A stretch of DNA of 64,000 nucleotides from Bacteroidales bacterium (GTDB lineage Bacteria > Bacteroidota > Bacteroidia > Bacteroidales > SZUA-534), in the NCBI GenBank assembly GCA_045640185.1, contig JAZUEN010000038.1:1030-65029 (forward strand). Reading direction: 5' to 3'. This document shows, piece after piece, positions 29,416-38,491 of this stretch. A program made the translations under genes and the position numbers. The notes under the pieces are model-generated. The model was not told the DNA's origin. It was given only the letters and a program-made list of their open reading frames with translations, and did no database searches. The stretch's first letter is position 1; each line of letters starts with the position of its first letter.

Positions 29416-29423
29416 TATTTTTG
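29416..29423 (+). promoter_or_regulatory. candidate -7 promoter box for tRNA-Asn
   Basis: TATTTTTG (TAnnTTTG), 40 nt upstream of the mature tRNA 5' end. Confidence 0.45.
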
Positions 29424-29462
29424 CATCCGCAATTGAGGGACAACCCAAGGTTGTTGGAAAAT

Positions 29463-29536
29463 TCCTCTTTAGCTCAGTTGGTTAGAGCACCTGACTGTTA
29501 ATCAGGGGGTCCTTGGTTCAAGTCCAAGAAGGGGAG
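29463..29536 (+). tRNA. tRNA-Asn (anticodon GTT)
   Basis: Hand-folded cloverleaf. Acceptor tcctctt/aagggga (one G-U), D arm gctc/gagc, anticodon arm cctga-ctGTTaa-tcagg, T arm cttgg-ttcaagt-ccaag. No encoded CCA. Confidence 0.93.
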
Positions 29537-29540
29537 CAAA

Positions 29541-29570
29541 AGCCGAAACTTTCGTTTCGGCTTTTTTTTT
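29541..29570 (+). terminator. rho-independent terminator after tRNA-Asn
   Basis: Perfect 9-bp stem agccgaaac/gtttcggct followed by T9. Confidence 0.85.
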
Positions 29571-29748
29571 GTTTTTCAACCACATAATCAAAGTGCCATA
29601 CACCACATTACGACAAAAGACGATACAGGGAAAAGCATTCAAATGACAAACTGGCACTGACGTTCAATGCAACAAAGCATTACGGATTATCATTAGTGCG
29701 ACAATGCTGATTCAGACATGAAAAATTCGCATTAGCAATTGCTAATAA

Positions 29749-31806
29749 CTACTTATACGCTTCCTCAAGCAAAATTGACTTGATTATTTCGGCTCCACCA
29801 CTTCTGTAGGCATGAAACCTTTTTATTATTTGACCTTTCTTGTTAATAATTAAACCATTAGGAAAGCCCGAAAATCCGAATTTTGAATAAAGCATGTTCA
29901 ACATTGAAATATCAATTCTATAATTTGCATTTCCCCACTCTGCGCATTGCCTTTCATAAACATTCTGTGGTGTTCTTTTGCTGTCGCAGACATAAACAAA
30001 CGCAATGCTATCCATTGGTAAATCCTTTTCGGCATCTTTCATTTCGTTTACCAACCTAAAACAAGGTCCACAATTATCGCTCCAAAAATCAATATGAACC
30101 ACCTTCCCTTTATGGTCTTGAATCAATTCAACGAACAACGAGTCGGTTTTTGTCTCATTTTCAGCGTGATTCCAATATGACTTTGTATCAACAATGTCAT
30201 ATACGCCATTGTTGATATTTTCGGCGAATTTCAAATAGTTGGGGTTAGACATTTTCCTTATTATGGCCATTCCTGTATCGTTAATATGCTCATACTCATC
30301 AGTCCAATGATCTGTCTTGAACAAATTCATTGCTTCCTGACTCTCAAATATTTTCTGGCTGTCCATGCCGAAATCATCTTCTATCAGTTTACGGACTTTT
30401 TGTTCCGTTTTCGAAAGCCGTCTCTCAACAATCAGTGAATCACCGTCAGTGCGTGTCACGTCATATTGCGGTTTCAAGAATGTATATTCGACTCCCGTAA
30501 CCAAATCACTTGCCACCCTATATATAAGTTTGTCGAATGATGAATGGTACATATACACATCGTCGGAAAGCGATAAATCCTTTATGAAACTGTAGTAATC
30601 AGCATCTGGCTTATACTTTTCCCCTTCGGAATCAAAACTGCCTAAATAATGTTTGTAATCGAACAAGAGATGTGCCGCGTTATCGCGCAACTTGACATTG
30701 TACATTTCCCTTATTTTTCGGGTCATAGGCTTTTGTCCTATCTCAAAAGCATTAACACTCAACGCATTTACCTGCTTTAGTTTTTCGTCAAGTATTCCCG
30801 TGATATATTTTTTATACTCATCAAGGGACATTCCACGCATTATTTTTTTGTATTTACGTTGATCCATACCCAACATTGAAAAATCACCGATGAGAGAAAA
30901 ATCACAATTGTTCAGTTCTGCATCGGCACCCGAATAATATGTGGCTTTGGCAAAGGCATTATCCTTATCCTTTGGCAAATTGTCAATGGCTTTTATCAAG
31001 TCGATACTTACAAACACAGTATCATCGCAGGCCACGTATATTTGGCCAATCATTATTTGTCCAAGTTCCATAAGGACATTTTGATGCTTATGGGTAACAG
31101 GTATTGTCAAGGAGAACAAACCGTCATCAGTTATTGGGGCGTTGTAAGACCTTAAAGCCTGTAATTTGCCACCGTAAAACGCCGTCACATTTTTTATCCC
31201 TGTAGCATCAGGATGATATCCATAAAACCTACCGACAATAGTGGCATTCCCGACAACAAAATCCTGCTTATCGAGTCCTTCACCATCATCTTCAGTACTG
31301 TATGCCTCTTGAACTATCTCGGAAGGCACTTCGGCCCTACTTCTCACCTGACTGGCAGACTCATCGTTAAGGGCTATGTCCCATAACTTGAAATAGTAGG
31401 AATCCTCCCCCTCAATAAAATCTATTGTCTGAACAGTACTATCGACATCTTGAAAATTAAGGATGAAATTGAAGGAATCGTGTCCTTTTTTGGGAGATAC
31501 GAAAGAATCAGAATGGATGTCGATGCTATCAGCAGAAATGATTTTCAGTTTTTTGCCATTTGCAACAATATATGATTCAGGTGAAATCTTAAATCCTCGA
31601 TTCGCATAAGTCATATAAAGTCGGGTCAATGAATCGGTTATTTCAACACTGTCAATTGACAGGAACGCTGACGACATCGATTTAGCGCCGAACACAGGAT
31701 TATGAATGGTTCTATTGTGAGGGACAGTTGCGACTTTGTTTTTTTCAACATTGCCACTGCAAGCGCAAACAGATATGGCAAGCATAAGTAGGAAAGCGTG
31801 TCTCAT
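29749..31806 (-). CDS. TlpA-family thioredoxin-fold lipoprotein (AT-rich paralogue of 14362-15933)
   Basis: Lipoprotein signal LMLAISVCACSG. C-terminal HIDFWSDNCGPC. The mid-region YYSFIKDLSLSDDVYMYHSSFDKLIY parallels YFNYVSDWQLDNPLLFYSEEFADLVY in the other copy. Visibly lower GC than the flanks. Confidence 0.8.
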   Translation of the reverse strand: MRHAFLLMLAISVCACSGNVEKNKVATVPHNRTIHNPVFGAKSMSSAFLSIDSVEITDSLTRLYMTYANRGFKISPESYIVANGKKLKIISADSIDIHSDSFVSPKKGHDSFNFILNFQDVDSTVQTIDFIEGEDSYYFKLWDIALNDESASQVRSRAEVPSEIVQEAYSTEDDGEGLDKQDFVVGNATIVGRFYGYHPDATGIKNVTAFYGGKLQALRSYNAPITDDGLFSLTIPVTHKHQNVLMELGQIMIGQIYVACDDTVFVSIDLIKAIDNLPKDKDNAFAKATYYSGADAELNNCDFSLIGDFSMLGMDQRKYKKIMRGMSLDEYKKYITGILDEKLKQVNALSVNAFEIGQKPMTRKIREMYNVKLRDNAAHLLFDYKHYLGSFDSEGEKYKPDADYYSFIKDLSLSDDVYMYHSSFDKLIYRVASDLVTGVEYTFLKPQYDVTRTDGDSLIVERRLSKTEQKVRKLIEDDFGMDSQKIFESQEAMNLFKTDHWTDEYEHINDTGMAIIRKMSNPNYLKFAENINNGVYDIVDTKSYWNHAENETKTDSLFVELIQDHKGKVVHIDFWSDNCGPCFRLVNEMKDAEKDLPMDSIAFVYVCDSKRTPQNVYERQCAEWGNANYRIDISMLNMLYSKFGFSGFPNGLIINKKGQIIKRFHAYRSGGAEIIKSILLEEAYK

Positions 31807-31907
31807 TTTTTTATTTATTATTCATCAATAATACAACAATAATATCAGTTAATCAACATTTTTCAGCGCACGAATCATATCAGTCCATCGCCGATTGCCA
31901 ATTTTTA

Positions 31908-31915
31908 TATTTTTG
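31908..31915 (+). promoter_or_regulatory. candidate -7 promoter box for the MATE/GtrA gene pair
   Basis: TATTTTTG, 10 nt upstream of the ATG at 31925. This implies a very short leader. Confidence 0.35.
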
Positions 31916-31924
31916 CGCCCCGAT

Positions 31925-33307
31925 ATGACACAAGACTTGACACGCGGGAATCCCGCAAAGGTTATCTTACTATATTCACTGCCAATAATTTTAGGCAACG
32001 TATTTCAACAGGTTTACAATCTTGTCGATACAATAATTGTCGGCCGATACATCGGATTTCAGGCGCTGGCAGGCGTGGGCATAACTGGCGGGCTGAACTT
32101 TCTGGTTCTTGGATTCGCATTCGGCATTACGGGCGGATTGGGCATAATGATAGCCCAATATTTTGGCGCGAAGGATTATGAAAAGATGCGCCAATCGATT
32201 GGCACAAGCCTTACAATCTGCCTGGGGCTGTCGGCGCTACTCACTGCGCTTGCCGTTGGGCTCCTGCACCAATTATTGCAACTGATAAACACGCCGTCGA
32301 GCATTTACGAATTTGCACACGACTACATTTTCGTGATATTCGCTGGCATATTCGCCACAGTAGCCTACAATATGGTGTCGTGCATACTGCGCGCCATAGG
32401 CGACAGCAAGACTCCGCTTTATTTCCTGGTATTCTCGTCGGTGCTGAACGTGGGGCTCGATATGCTATGCATTGTGGTACTGCATTGGGGCGTTGTTGGC
32501 GCAGCCACGGCCACTGTGGTTTCACAACTCGTCTCGGCGGTTCTGTGCTTCGCGTACGCATTCAGGAAATATCCTGAAATACGGCTTAAACGCAAAGATT
32601 TCCGCACCAACTGGCCGTTCATCTGGGAGCACTTGCGGATTGGATTGCCACTGGCACTTCAATTCAGCATCACGGCATTTGGAATTGTAATACTTCAATC
32701 GGCGCTATGCGGATTTAAGGACACATATATCGCAGGATTTTCGGCCGCGAGCCGCGTGCAAGCCCTCGGCTCGACGGTGGGCGTGTCGTTCGGCGTGGCT
32801 ATGGCGAACTATGCGGGGCAGAACTTTGGCGCAGGCGACATCAAGCGAATCCGCAGCGGTGTAAACTGGACCATACTGATAGCACTTTGCGTTTGCGCCT
32901 TTGCATCAACCATAATGTCGGTCTTTGCCGACGGACTCACATCGATGTTTATGGACAAGAGCGCCGTCTCCGACTCGGTTGAGCGCACAGCCGAAATATA
33001 TTATGCATCAAAGCGTTACCTATATACAAGCGCCATTTTCTTCCCATTCCTATACATATTGTTTGTATACAGGAATGCCTTGCAAGGAATTGGCAAGACA
33101 TTTTGGCCGCTTATGGCAGGTGTGTTTGAACTGATAATACGCGTATCGGCATCGGCAATACTGCCTGCCCGTATGGGATACCCCGCAATTCCGCTTGTTG
33201 ATGTATTTGCGTGGGTTGGAGCCTGCACGGTTCTGGCTATTTCATATTATCTGCAGATGCCAAAACCAATCAAAATTCATAATAATTCAACTTCAAACAA
33301 ATCCTAA
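31925..33307 (+). CDS. MATE family efflux transporter
   Basis: DLTRGNPAKVILLYSLPIILGNVFQQVYNLVDTIIVGRYIG N-terminus and 12-TM character. The start is set at the ATG (the track start is a TTG). Confidence 0.88.
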   Translation: MTQDLTRGNPAKVILLYSLPIILGNVFQQVYNLVDTIIVGRYIGFQALAGVGITGGLNFLVLGFAFGITGGLGIMIAQYFGAKDYEKMRQSIGTSLTICLGLSALLTALAVGLLHQLLQLINTPSSIYEFAHDYIFVIFAGIFATVAYNMVSCILRAIGDSKTPLYFLVFSSVLNVGLDMLCIVVLHWGVVGAATATVVSQLVSAVLCFAYAFRKYPEIRLKRKDFRTNWPFIWEHLRIGLPLALQFSITAFGIVILQSALCGFKDTYIAGFSAASRVQALGSTVGVSFGVAMANYAGQNFGAGDIKRIRSGVNWTILIALCVCAFASTIMSVFADGLTSMFMDKSAVSDSVERTAEIYYASKRYLYTSAIFFPFLYILFVYRNALQGIGKTFWPLMAGVFELIIRVSASAILPARMGYPAIPLVDVFAWVGACTVLAISYYLQMPKPIKIHNNSTSNKS

Positions 33308-33312
33308 ATACA

Positions 33313-33732
33313 ATGAACCTTTTTGGAAAGACCGACAAGACATCGGCACAAATAGCAAGAAATGTCGTGGTAGAAGGCATCCGATATTTGGTAAACATTG
33401 GCATTCTGTGGTATCTCAACGATTATTTGCTTGGCAAAGACTGGCTGGCCGTATCCACATTTGTAGCCTCGTTGCTTGCAGGACTTGTCAACTACGCTCT
33501 TTGCTCCATTTGGGTATTCCACAAAAGGAACAGCGAAACCGGGAAAAGCCTCTTGCAGTTTGCCATATTCACACTGATTGGTGCAGGCGGACTGGCCATA
33601 AACATCGGCATAACGACCTTGCTTACCAACAAACTGGATGTTTACTATCTGGCAAGCAACACCATAGCACAGGTTACGGTTTTCTTCTTTAACTTCTTTA
33701 TGCGCAAGAAGATAGTGTTTGAGCGAAAATAA
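33313..33732 (+). CDS. GtrA-family membrane protein
   Basis: 139 aa, four TM segments, with IRYLVNIG...LVNYALCSIWVFHKR typical of GtrA-like proteins. Confidence 0.6.
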   Translation: MNLFGKTDKTSAQIARNVVVEGIRYLVNIGILWYLNDYLLGKDWLAVSTFVASLLAGLVNYALCSIWVFHKRNSETGKSLLQFAIFTLIGAGGLAINIGITTLLTNKLDVYYLASNTIAQVTVFFFNFFMRKKIVFERK

Positions 33733-33787
33733 TTGAATGGTCTATGGCTGTTGTTACGGCAAACTTTGCTTACTTTGCGCAGACATT

Positions 33788-33859
33788 GGTTCCATAGTTC
33801 AATGGATAGAATATCAGATTCCGGTTCTGACGATTAGGGTTCGACTCCCTATGGGATCA
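33788..33859 (+). tRNA. tRNA-Arg (anticodon CCG)
   Basis: Hand-folded cloverleaf. Acceptor ggttcca/tgggatc (two G-U), D stem gttc/gaat, anticodon arm tcaga-ttCCGgt-tctga, T arm taggg-ttcgact-cccta. Confidence 0.88.
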
Positions 33860-33875
33860 CAAGACGACAAAAAAA

Positions 33876-33898
33876 GGCAACTAAACGTTGCCTTTTTT
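33876..33898 (+). terminator. rho-independent terminator after tRNA-Arg
   Basis: ggcaac-taaac-gttgcc hairpin followed by T6. Confidence 0.75.
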
Positions 33899-34131
33899 GT
33901 TGTTGCACTGATTTCAGTCATCAAAAAGCGCCCGTTTATAGATATAAACAAATACTATTTGAATGAATCGGCAAAAACCCAAAATTGGTCGAAACTTTTT
34001 TTGCGGTATGCTTCTATTGAGTACTTTTACATCATCCGATAAGGATAAAAGTTCTATGTAATTGATTTAGACCTTTTTCGGTTTGCAGGTATTTACCTTT
34101 TTATTAATAACTCTTTTAATTTTTATTTTTT

Positions 34132-34491
34132 ATGAAAAAGAATTTTTTGAAAATCGCTTTCACAAGCTTGATGCTTGTTTTCGGAATGGGCGTTGCTAAC
34201 GCACAATTTGGTTCACCAGAGGAAATGGCAAAAATGCAGGCTGACCAAATGAAGGAAACAGTTAAGTTGAACGACGACCAATACGCAAAAGTACTTGTAG
34301 TTTACAAGGAACAAGGCGAGGAAATGGGTAAACTGTTCAATGGCGGTGGCCAACCTGATTTCAGCGAATTCGGCAAGATCCAGGAAAAGACAAACGGAAA
34401 ACTCAAGGAAATCCTTACCGAAGAGCAATACAAGAAATGGGATGAGCACCAACAACAAATGATGCAACAATTCCAAGGTGGCGGTTTCTAA
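34132..34491 (+). CDS. small periplasmic Spy/CpxP-like (LTxxQ-type) protein
   Basis: Signal peptide ..GMGVANAQ. Two LxxxQ repeats (KLNDDQYAKV, ILTEEQYKKW) and a Q/M-rich tail. Confidence 0.6.
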   Translation: MKKNFLKIAFTSLMLVFGMGVANAQFGSPEEMAKMQADQMKETVKLNDDQYAKVLVVYKEQGEEMGKLFNGGGQPDFSEFGKIQEKTNGKLKEILTEEQYKKWDEHQQQMMQQFQGGGF

Positions 34492-34517
34492 TCGGAACAT
34501 ACATTAAAGACAAGGAA

Positions 34518-34543
34518 GGCAGGTTAATCACCTGCCTTTTTTT
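34518..34543 (+). terminator. rho-independent terminator
   Basis: ggcaggt-taatc-acctgcc hairpin followed by T7. Confidence 0.8.
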
Positions 34544-34657
34544 GTATTGCATCAGTACAATTATTGCCCCAATATTATTAGGGGACTTATATAAAAACCC
34601 CAATATTGAAATATTCAATAGAAAGAATCTGCTCTACAACAGCAAAATGGCAGTCCG

Positions 34658-35542
34658 TTACCGATTAACCAACTGGTCTATCCTGTCCTTCACGTTGGCT
34701 ATCAGCCACGACGGCGTTGACGTTGCGCCACTTATGCCTATACTGCGCACGCCGTCGAACCACTCTATGCGTAACTCGTCGGCATTTTCGATAAAGTAGG
34801 AATTGCTGTTCACCTGCTTGCACATTCCGAACAATGCCTTGGCGTTTGAACTGTCCTGCCCTCCGACAAATATCATAAGGTCGTGGTTGGATGCAAACTC
34901 CTTTAGATGCGGGCCACGATTGGCAACTTGCCTGCAAATGGTGTCGTGCCAACTGAACTGCGAAGCGCGTTGCTCAAGTATCCTAACCAACTGCATAAAC
35001 TTGCCGACGTCTTTGGTAGTCTGCGAGAAGAACTCTATAGGGCGCGAGAAGTCGACTTTATGCAGGTCGTCCTCGTTTTCGACCAATATGGCATTGCCGT
35101 CAGTCTGCCCAATCAGCCCCACCACCTCGGCGTGGCCCTTCTTGCCGAACAGCACCACCTGCCCATTGCACTTGAGCATTTCCTGATAGGCGGTTTTTAT
35201 GCGAGCCTGCAACCGAAGCACCACGGGACAGGTTGCGTCTATGAGTTTTATATTTCTGTCTTTCAGATTATTGTAACTTGCAGGCGGTTCGCCGTGAGCC
35301 CTAAATATCACCTTGGCGTCCTTCAGTCTGGCAAACTGTTCGTGGTCGATGACCACAAGCCCCATATCGGACAGGCGTTTCACCTCGACAGGGTTGTGCA
35401 CCATAGCGCCAAGGCTATAGAGTGGCTGACCGTCGGACAGTTCGCCCAAAGCCTTTGTGACGGCGTTCTTGACTCCGAAGCAGAATCCCGACTCTGGGTC
35501 GATGGATATCTCAACCTTATTTTCCTGCGGACTTTGCATCAT
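34658..35542 (-). CDS. ispH: 4-hydroxy-3-methylbut-2-enyl diphosphate reductase
   Basis: GFCFGVKNAV, HNPVEV, ATCPVV and GGQDSSNAK motifs of IspH/LytB. Confidence 0.93.
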   Translation of the reverse strand: MMQSPQENKVEISIDPESGFCFGVKNAVTKALGELSDGQPLYSLGAMVHNPVEVKRLSDMGLVVIDHEQFARLKDAKVIFRAHGEPPASYNNLKDRNIKLIDATCPVVLRLQARIKTAYQEMLKCNGQVVLFGKKGHAEVVGLIGQTDGNAILVENEDDLHKVDFSRPIEFFSQTTKDVGKFMQLVRILEQRASQFSWHDTICRQVANRGPHLKEFASNHDLMIFVGGQDSSNAKALFGMCKQVNSNSYFIENADELRIEWFDGVRSIGISGATSTPSWLIANVKDRIDQLVNR

Positions 35543-36221
35543 TCACCAACTGTAGAATCAGGTCGAATTGTTGTGCAGGCGTCATATTGCTGTTATCTAC
35601 GACGTGGGCGTCGGGAGCCTGGCGCAATGGCGAGATGTCGCGGTGCTGGTCGATGTAGTCGCGCTGAGTTACGTTCTCGAGCACTTCGTCATAGGTCACC
35701 TTGTCGCCTTTGGCGGTCAACTCGTCGAAACGGCGACGGGCGCGCACTTCGGGCGATGCCGTCATAAATATCTTCAGGTCGGCATTCGGGAACACCACGG
35801 TGCCTATGTCACGGCCATCCATCACGACGCCACCCTGCTTGCCCATTTCTTGCTGAAGTTGCACCATTCGGGCACGGACGAAATCAATCTTGCTCACGAA
35901 ACTCACTTTATTCGACACGTCGATTGTACGAATCTCCTTTTCGACCAGTTCGCCGTTGAGCCACGTGCTGTTGACGCCTGTGGCCTTGTCGCAGGTAAAT
36001 GTTATCTGCAACTTGCCTATGGCCTTCTCAAGTTCAGGATTGTTGACGTTTCCACCGTTGTCGATAAGTCCGTTGCGCATACAGTATAATGTCACGGCGC
36101 GGTACATAGCGCCCGTATCTACATATGCGTATTCCAACTTGCGGGCCAACTCCTTGGCCACCGTGCTCTTTCCACACGACGAGAATCCGTCGATGGCTAT
36201 TACCAATTTCCTATTGTCCAT
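35517..36221 (-). CDS. cmk: (d)CMP kinase
   Basis: P-loop IAIDGFSSCGKSTVAKELA, with YVDTGAMYR and DGRDIGTVVFP. Confidence 0.93.
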   Translation of the reverse strand: MDNRKLVIAIDGFSSCGKSTVAKELARKLEYAYVDTGAMYRAVTLYCMRNGLIDNGGNVNNPELEKAIGKLQITFTCDKATGVNSTWLNGELVEKEIRTIDVSNKVSFVSKIDFVRARMVQLQQEMGKQGGVVMDGRDIGTVVFPNADLKIFMTASPEVRARRRFDELTAKGDKVTYDEVLENVTQRDYIDQHRDISPLRQAPDAHVVDNSNMTPAQQFDLILQLVNDAKSAGK

Positions 36222-36226
36222 AATTT

Positions 36227-37315
36227 TCAGTTTTCTTTCTTGATACTGACGCTTCCCTGCATATTTTCGATGTACAGGCTTTGTGTCGGGAAGGCGAAGT
36301 TAAGCCCCGATGCGTTGAACCGTTCAAGAATGGCCATATTCACTTCCGACTGTGTGCGGTAATATCCGCCCTTCACCTTGTCGATGTAATAAATGTATCT
36401 TATTGTCAATGAAAAATCTCCGTAACCGAAAAACGATGCCTTTGTTTGCGAATCGTCAACGCCAGGGTTGTCTTTAGCGATATCGAGCAATATGTCCAAG
36501 GCGGTTTTCATCTGCTCAGGCGTGGTTGCGTAGGTGAGCCCCAAATCGAGGATTATGCGGTAGTGTGGCGACAAAGTCACATTTTCCACAACGCTGTCGA
36601 TAATCACAGAGTTTGGTATTACAACCTCGGTGCCGTCGAAAGTTGCAAGGCGGAAACTGCGAAGTCCAATGGCCACAATGTGTCCGTCATATCCGCTCAC
36701 GCGCACGCGGTCGCCTATGCGGAACGGCTTGTCGGCGAAGATGGTGAATCCACCGAAGAAGTTCGTGACGGTGTCCTTGGCCGCCAATGCCAATGCCAAG
36801 CCTCCAATGCCCAATCCTGCTATGAGCGCCTTGACGTCGTAGCCAGTGTTGTTAAGGGCCACCACAATGCCGAAGCCCCAAATGACAGTCTGCGACGTCT
36901 TCTGCAATGTAGGTATGAGGCGAGAATTGACGCGCTTGCCCGACAGTTTCACCTTTGGCGCAACGTATTCGATTATGAGAGCGGTGCAGAAGCGCGACAG
37001 TATCCAAGTTATATTCAGTATGATGAGCACCACATACGCATCATTCACAAGTTCCAAGTAACGAAGCGGGATAGTCAGTTCGCGCAAGGCAACCCGAATG
37101 CCGACCAGCACTACAATCAAGCCAAGCGGCGACTCGACCGAATCGACTATGATGTCGTCGATTTTGGGCAAAGTGCGCTTTACAATCTTGCGTACCAGAT
37201 GCCGGTTAACCCAGACAAGCGCATGCCCTGCAACAAATGCGCCAACGATAATGGCGAAGGCCATAAGCCATTGATGGCCAGTATTGTTCAGAAACACAAA
37301 GTCGAAAAAGCCCAT
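36227..37315 (-). CDS. mechanosensitive ion channel (MscS family)
   Basis: TM region, then FGGFTIFADKPFRIGDRVRVSGYDGHIVAIGLRSFRLATFDGTEVVIPNS. Confidence 0.88.
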   Translation of the reverse strand: MGFFDFVFLNNTGHQWLMAFAIIVGAFVAGHALVWVNRHLVRKIVKRTLPKIDDIIVDSVESPLGLIVVLVGIRVALRELTIPLRYLELVNDAYVVLIILNITWILSRFCTALIIEYVAPKVKLSGKRVNSRLIPTLQKTSQTVIWGFGIVVALNNTGYDVKALIAGLGIGGLALALAAKDTVTNFFGGFTIFADKPFRIGDRVRVSGYDGHIVAIGLRSFRLATFDGTEVVIPNSVIIDSVVENVTLSPHYRIILDLGLTYATTPEQMKTALDILLDIAKDNPGVDDSQTKASFFGYGDFSLTIRYIYYIDKVKGGYYRTQSEVNMAILERFNASGLNFAFPTQSLYIENMQGSVSIKKEN

Positions 37316-37318
37316 ACG

Positions 37319-38455
37319 CTATTCCTGGTTTGATATTGACGCAAGCAATATGTCATAGACATTTTTGGCAATGCCCTGCCAACTGTACTTGTCGTAGAAT
37401 ACCTGAGGCGTATTGTCAGTAATAGTCAACGCGTTTATCAAAGTGCTGGCGAACTGGTTCCAATTGTTGTCAACCACAACCTGCAACTTGCTTCCGCAAA
37501 CCGACATGTCGATGCCCGTGGCACCCATTGCCGTAGAGACAACAGGCTTGTTCTGGCCAATTGCCTCAATCACTTTCGACTTGATGCCTCCGCCTTGCAA
37601 AGCCGGATTCATTACGACATCGGAACTGCGGATGTACTCGTTTATGTCATCGACAAAGCCAGCATAGACGATGTTTTCCTTTCTAAGGTCGTCGAAACGG
37701 TGTTGGTATTCTCTCGAAAGGCCACCACCGCAAATAAGGATCTTGAAGTTGTCGCCCAAAATCTTCTGCAATCTAGGCCTGATTTCGTCGATTATGATAG
37801 ACAAAGACTCGATGCTTGGCAAATATTTCAGGACTCCGAAATACATGAACACCTTATCGTCAGGGTTTATGCCGTGACGGGCCAAAACGCGTTCGCGCTC
37901 CTTGCGGTCAGGCTTGACCAATACGGTCTCATCAATTCCGTATGGTTTCAGATAGCACTTGTCGGGGCTGAGATTGAACTTGTCGATGGCAATCTGGCGA
38001 TCCTGATCGGTAGTGAAGAAAGCGCCTTTCGACATCTTCATTGCAAAGCGCTCCCACTCGAACATTGCAGGCCACCACCATCGTCCGGTTGACATTGAAC
38101 GCAGATATTCAATATTCTGCGAATGGAGGAAAACCGGAACGCCTGTCTTTTTCGACAATGTGCCCATCCATCCCAAAACCGGTTGCTCAAGTATTATCAC
38201 GTCAGGCTTTATCTCTTCGACCTGATCGTAAATAATCTTGTAGTTGACACGCGATATGCGCTTGAACGCACTTTTGGGCACTATCGGCTTTAGTTCGAAA
38301 TTACATTCGGGCTGTGTTGAGCCGATGCCAGTTATCACTGTCAGGCGCGAAATCTTGCCCAAAGCGTTCAAATAGCCAAACACACCCTTTTGGTCGCCCG
38401 ATATAGGCGGGCAAAGAGGCTCTGGCGCAATCGACAATATTTTCAGTGGTTCCAT
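37319..38455 (-). CDS. glycosyltransferase (GT-B fold, family 4-like)
   Basis: 378 aa. The C-terminal half has ..PALQGGGIKSKVIEAIGQNKPVVST, a nucleotide-sugar binding pattern. Confidence 0.7.
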   Translation of the reverse strand: MEPLKILSIAPEPLCPPISGDQKGVFGYLNALGKISRLTVITGIGSTQPECNFELKPIVPKSAFKRISRVNYKIIYDQVEEIKPDVIILEQPVLGWMGTLSKKTGVPVFLHSQNIEYLRSMSTGRWWWPAMFEWERFAMKMSKGAFFTTDQDRQIAIDKFNLSPDKCYLKPYGIDETVLVKPDRKERERVLARHGINPDDKVFMYFGVLKYLPSIESLSIIIDEIRPRLQKILGDNFKILICGGGLSREYQHRFDDLRKENIVYAGFVDDINEYIRSSDVVMNPALQGGGIKSKVIEAIGQNKPVVSTAMGATGIDMSVCGSKLQVVVDNNWNQFASTLINALTITDNTPQVFYDKYSWQGIAKNVYDILLASISNQE

Positions 38456-38491
38456 ATCTAATAGGTTGTCTGGTTCTTATGCGATATCACT

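Noticed and set aside
33737-34042. 101-aa ORF in the GtrA / small periplasmic protein spacer
   Set aside because: It overlaps the hand-folded tRNA-Arg (33788-33859) and its terminator, and has no protein-like features.
34907-35767. 286-aa plus-strand ORF spanning ispH and cmk. There are similar long antisense ORFs at 36446-37333, 49358-50143, 60799-61518 and 61850-62689.
   Set aside because: Each is antisense to well-supported genes and crosses gene boundaries. The products are low-complexity, Arg/Gly/His-rich, and have no signal or catalytic motifs.
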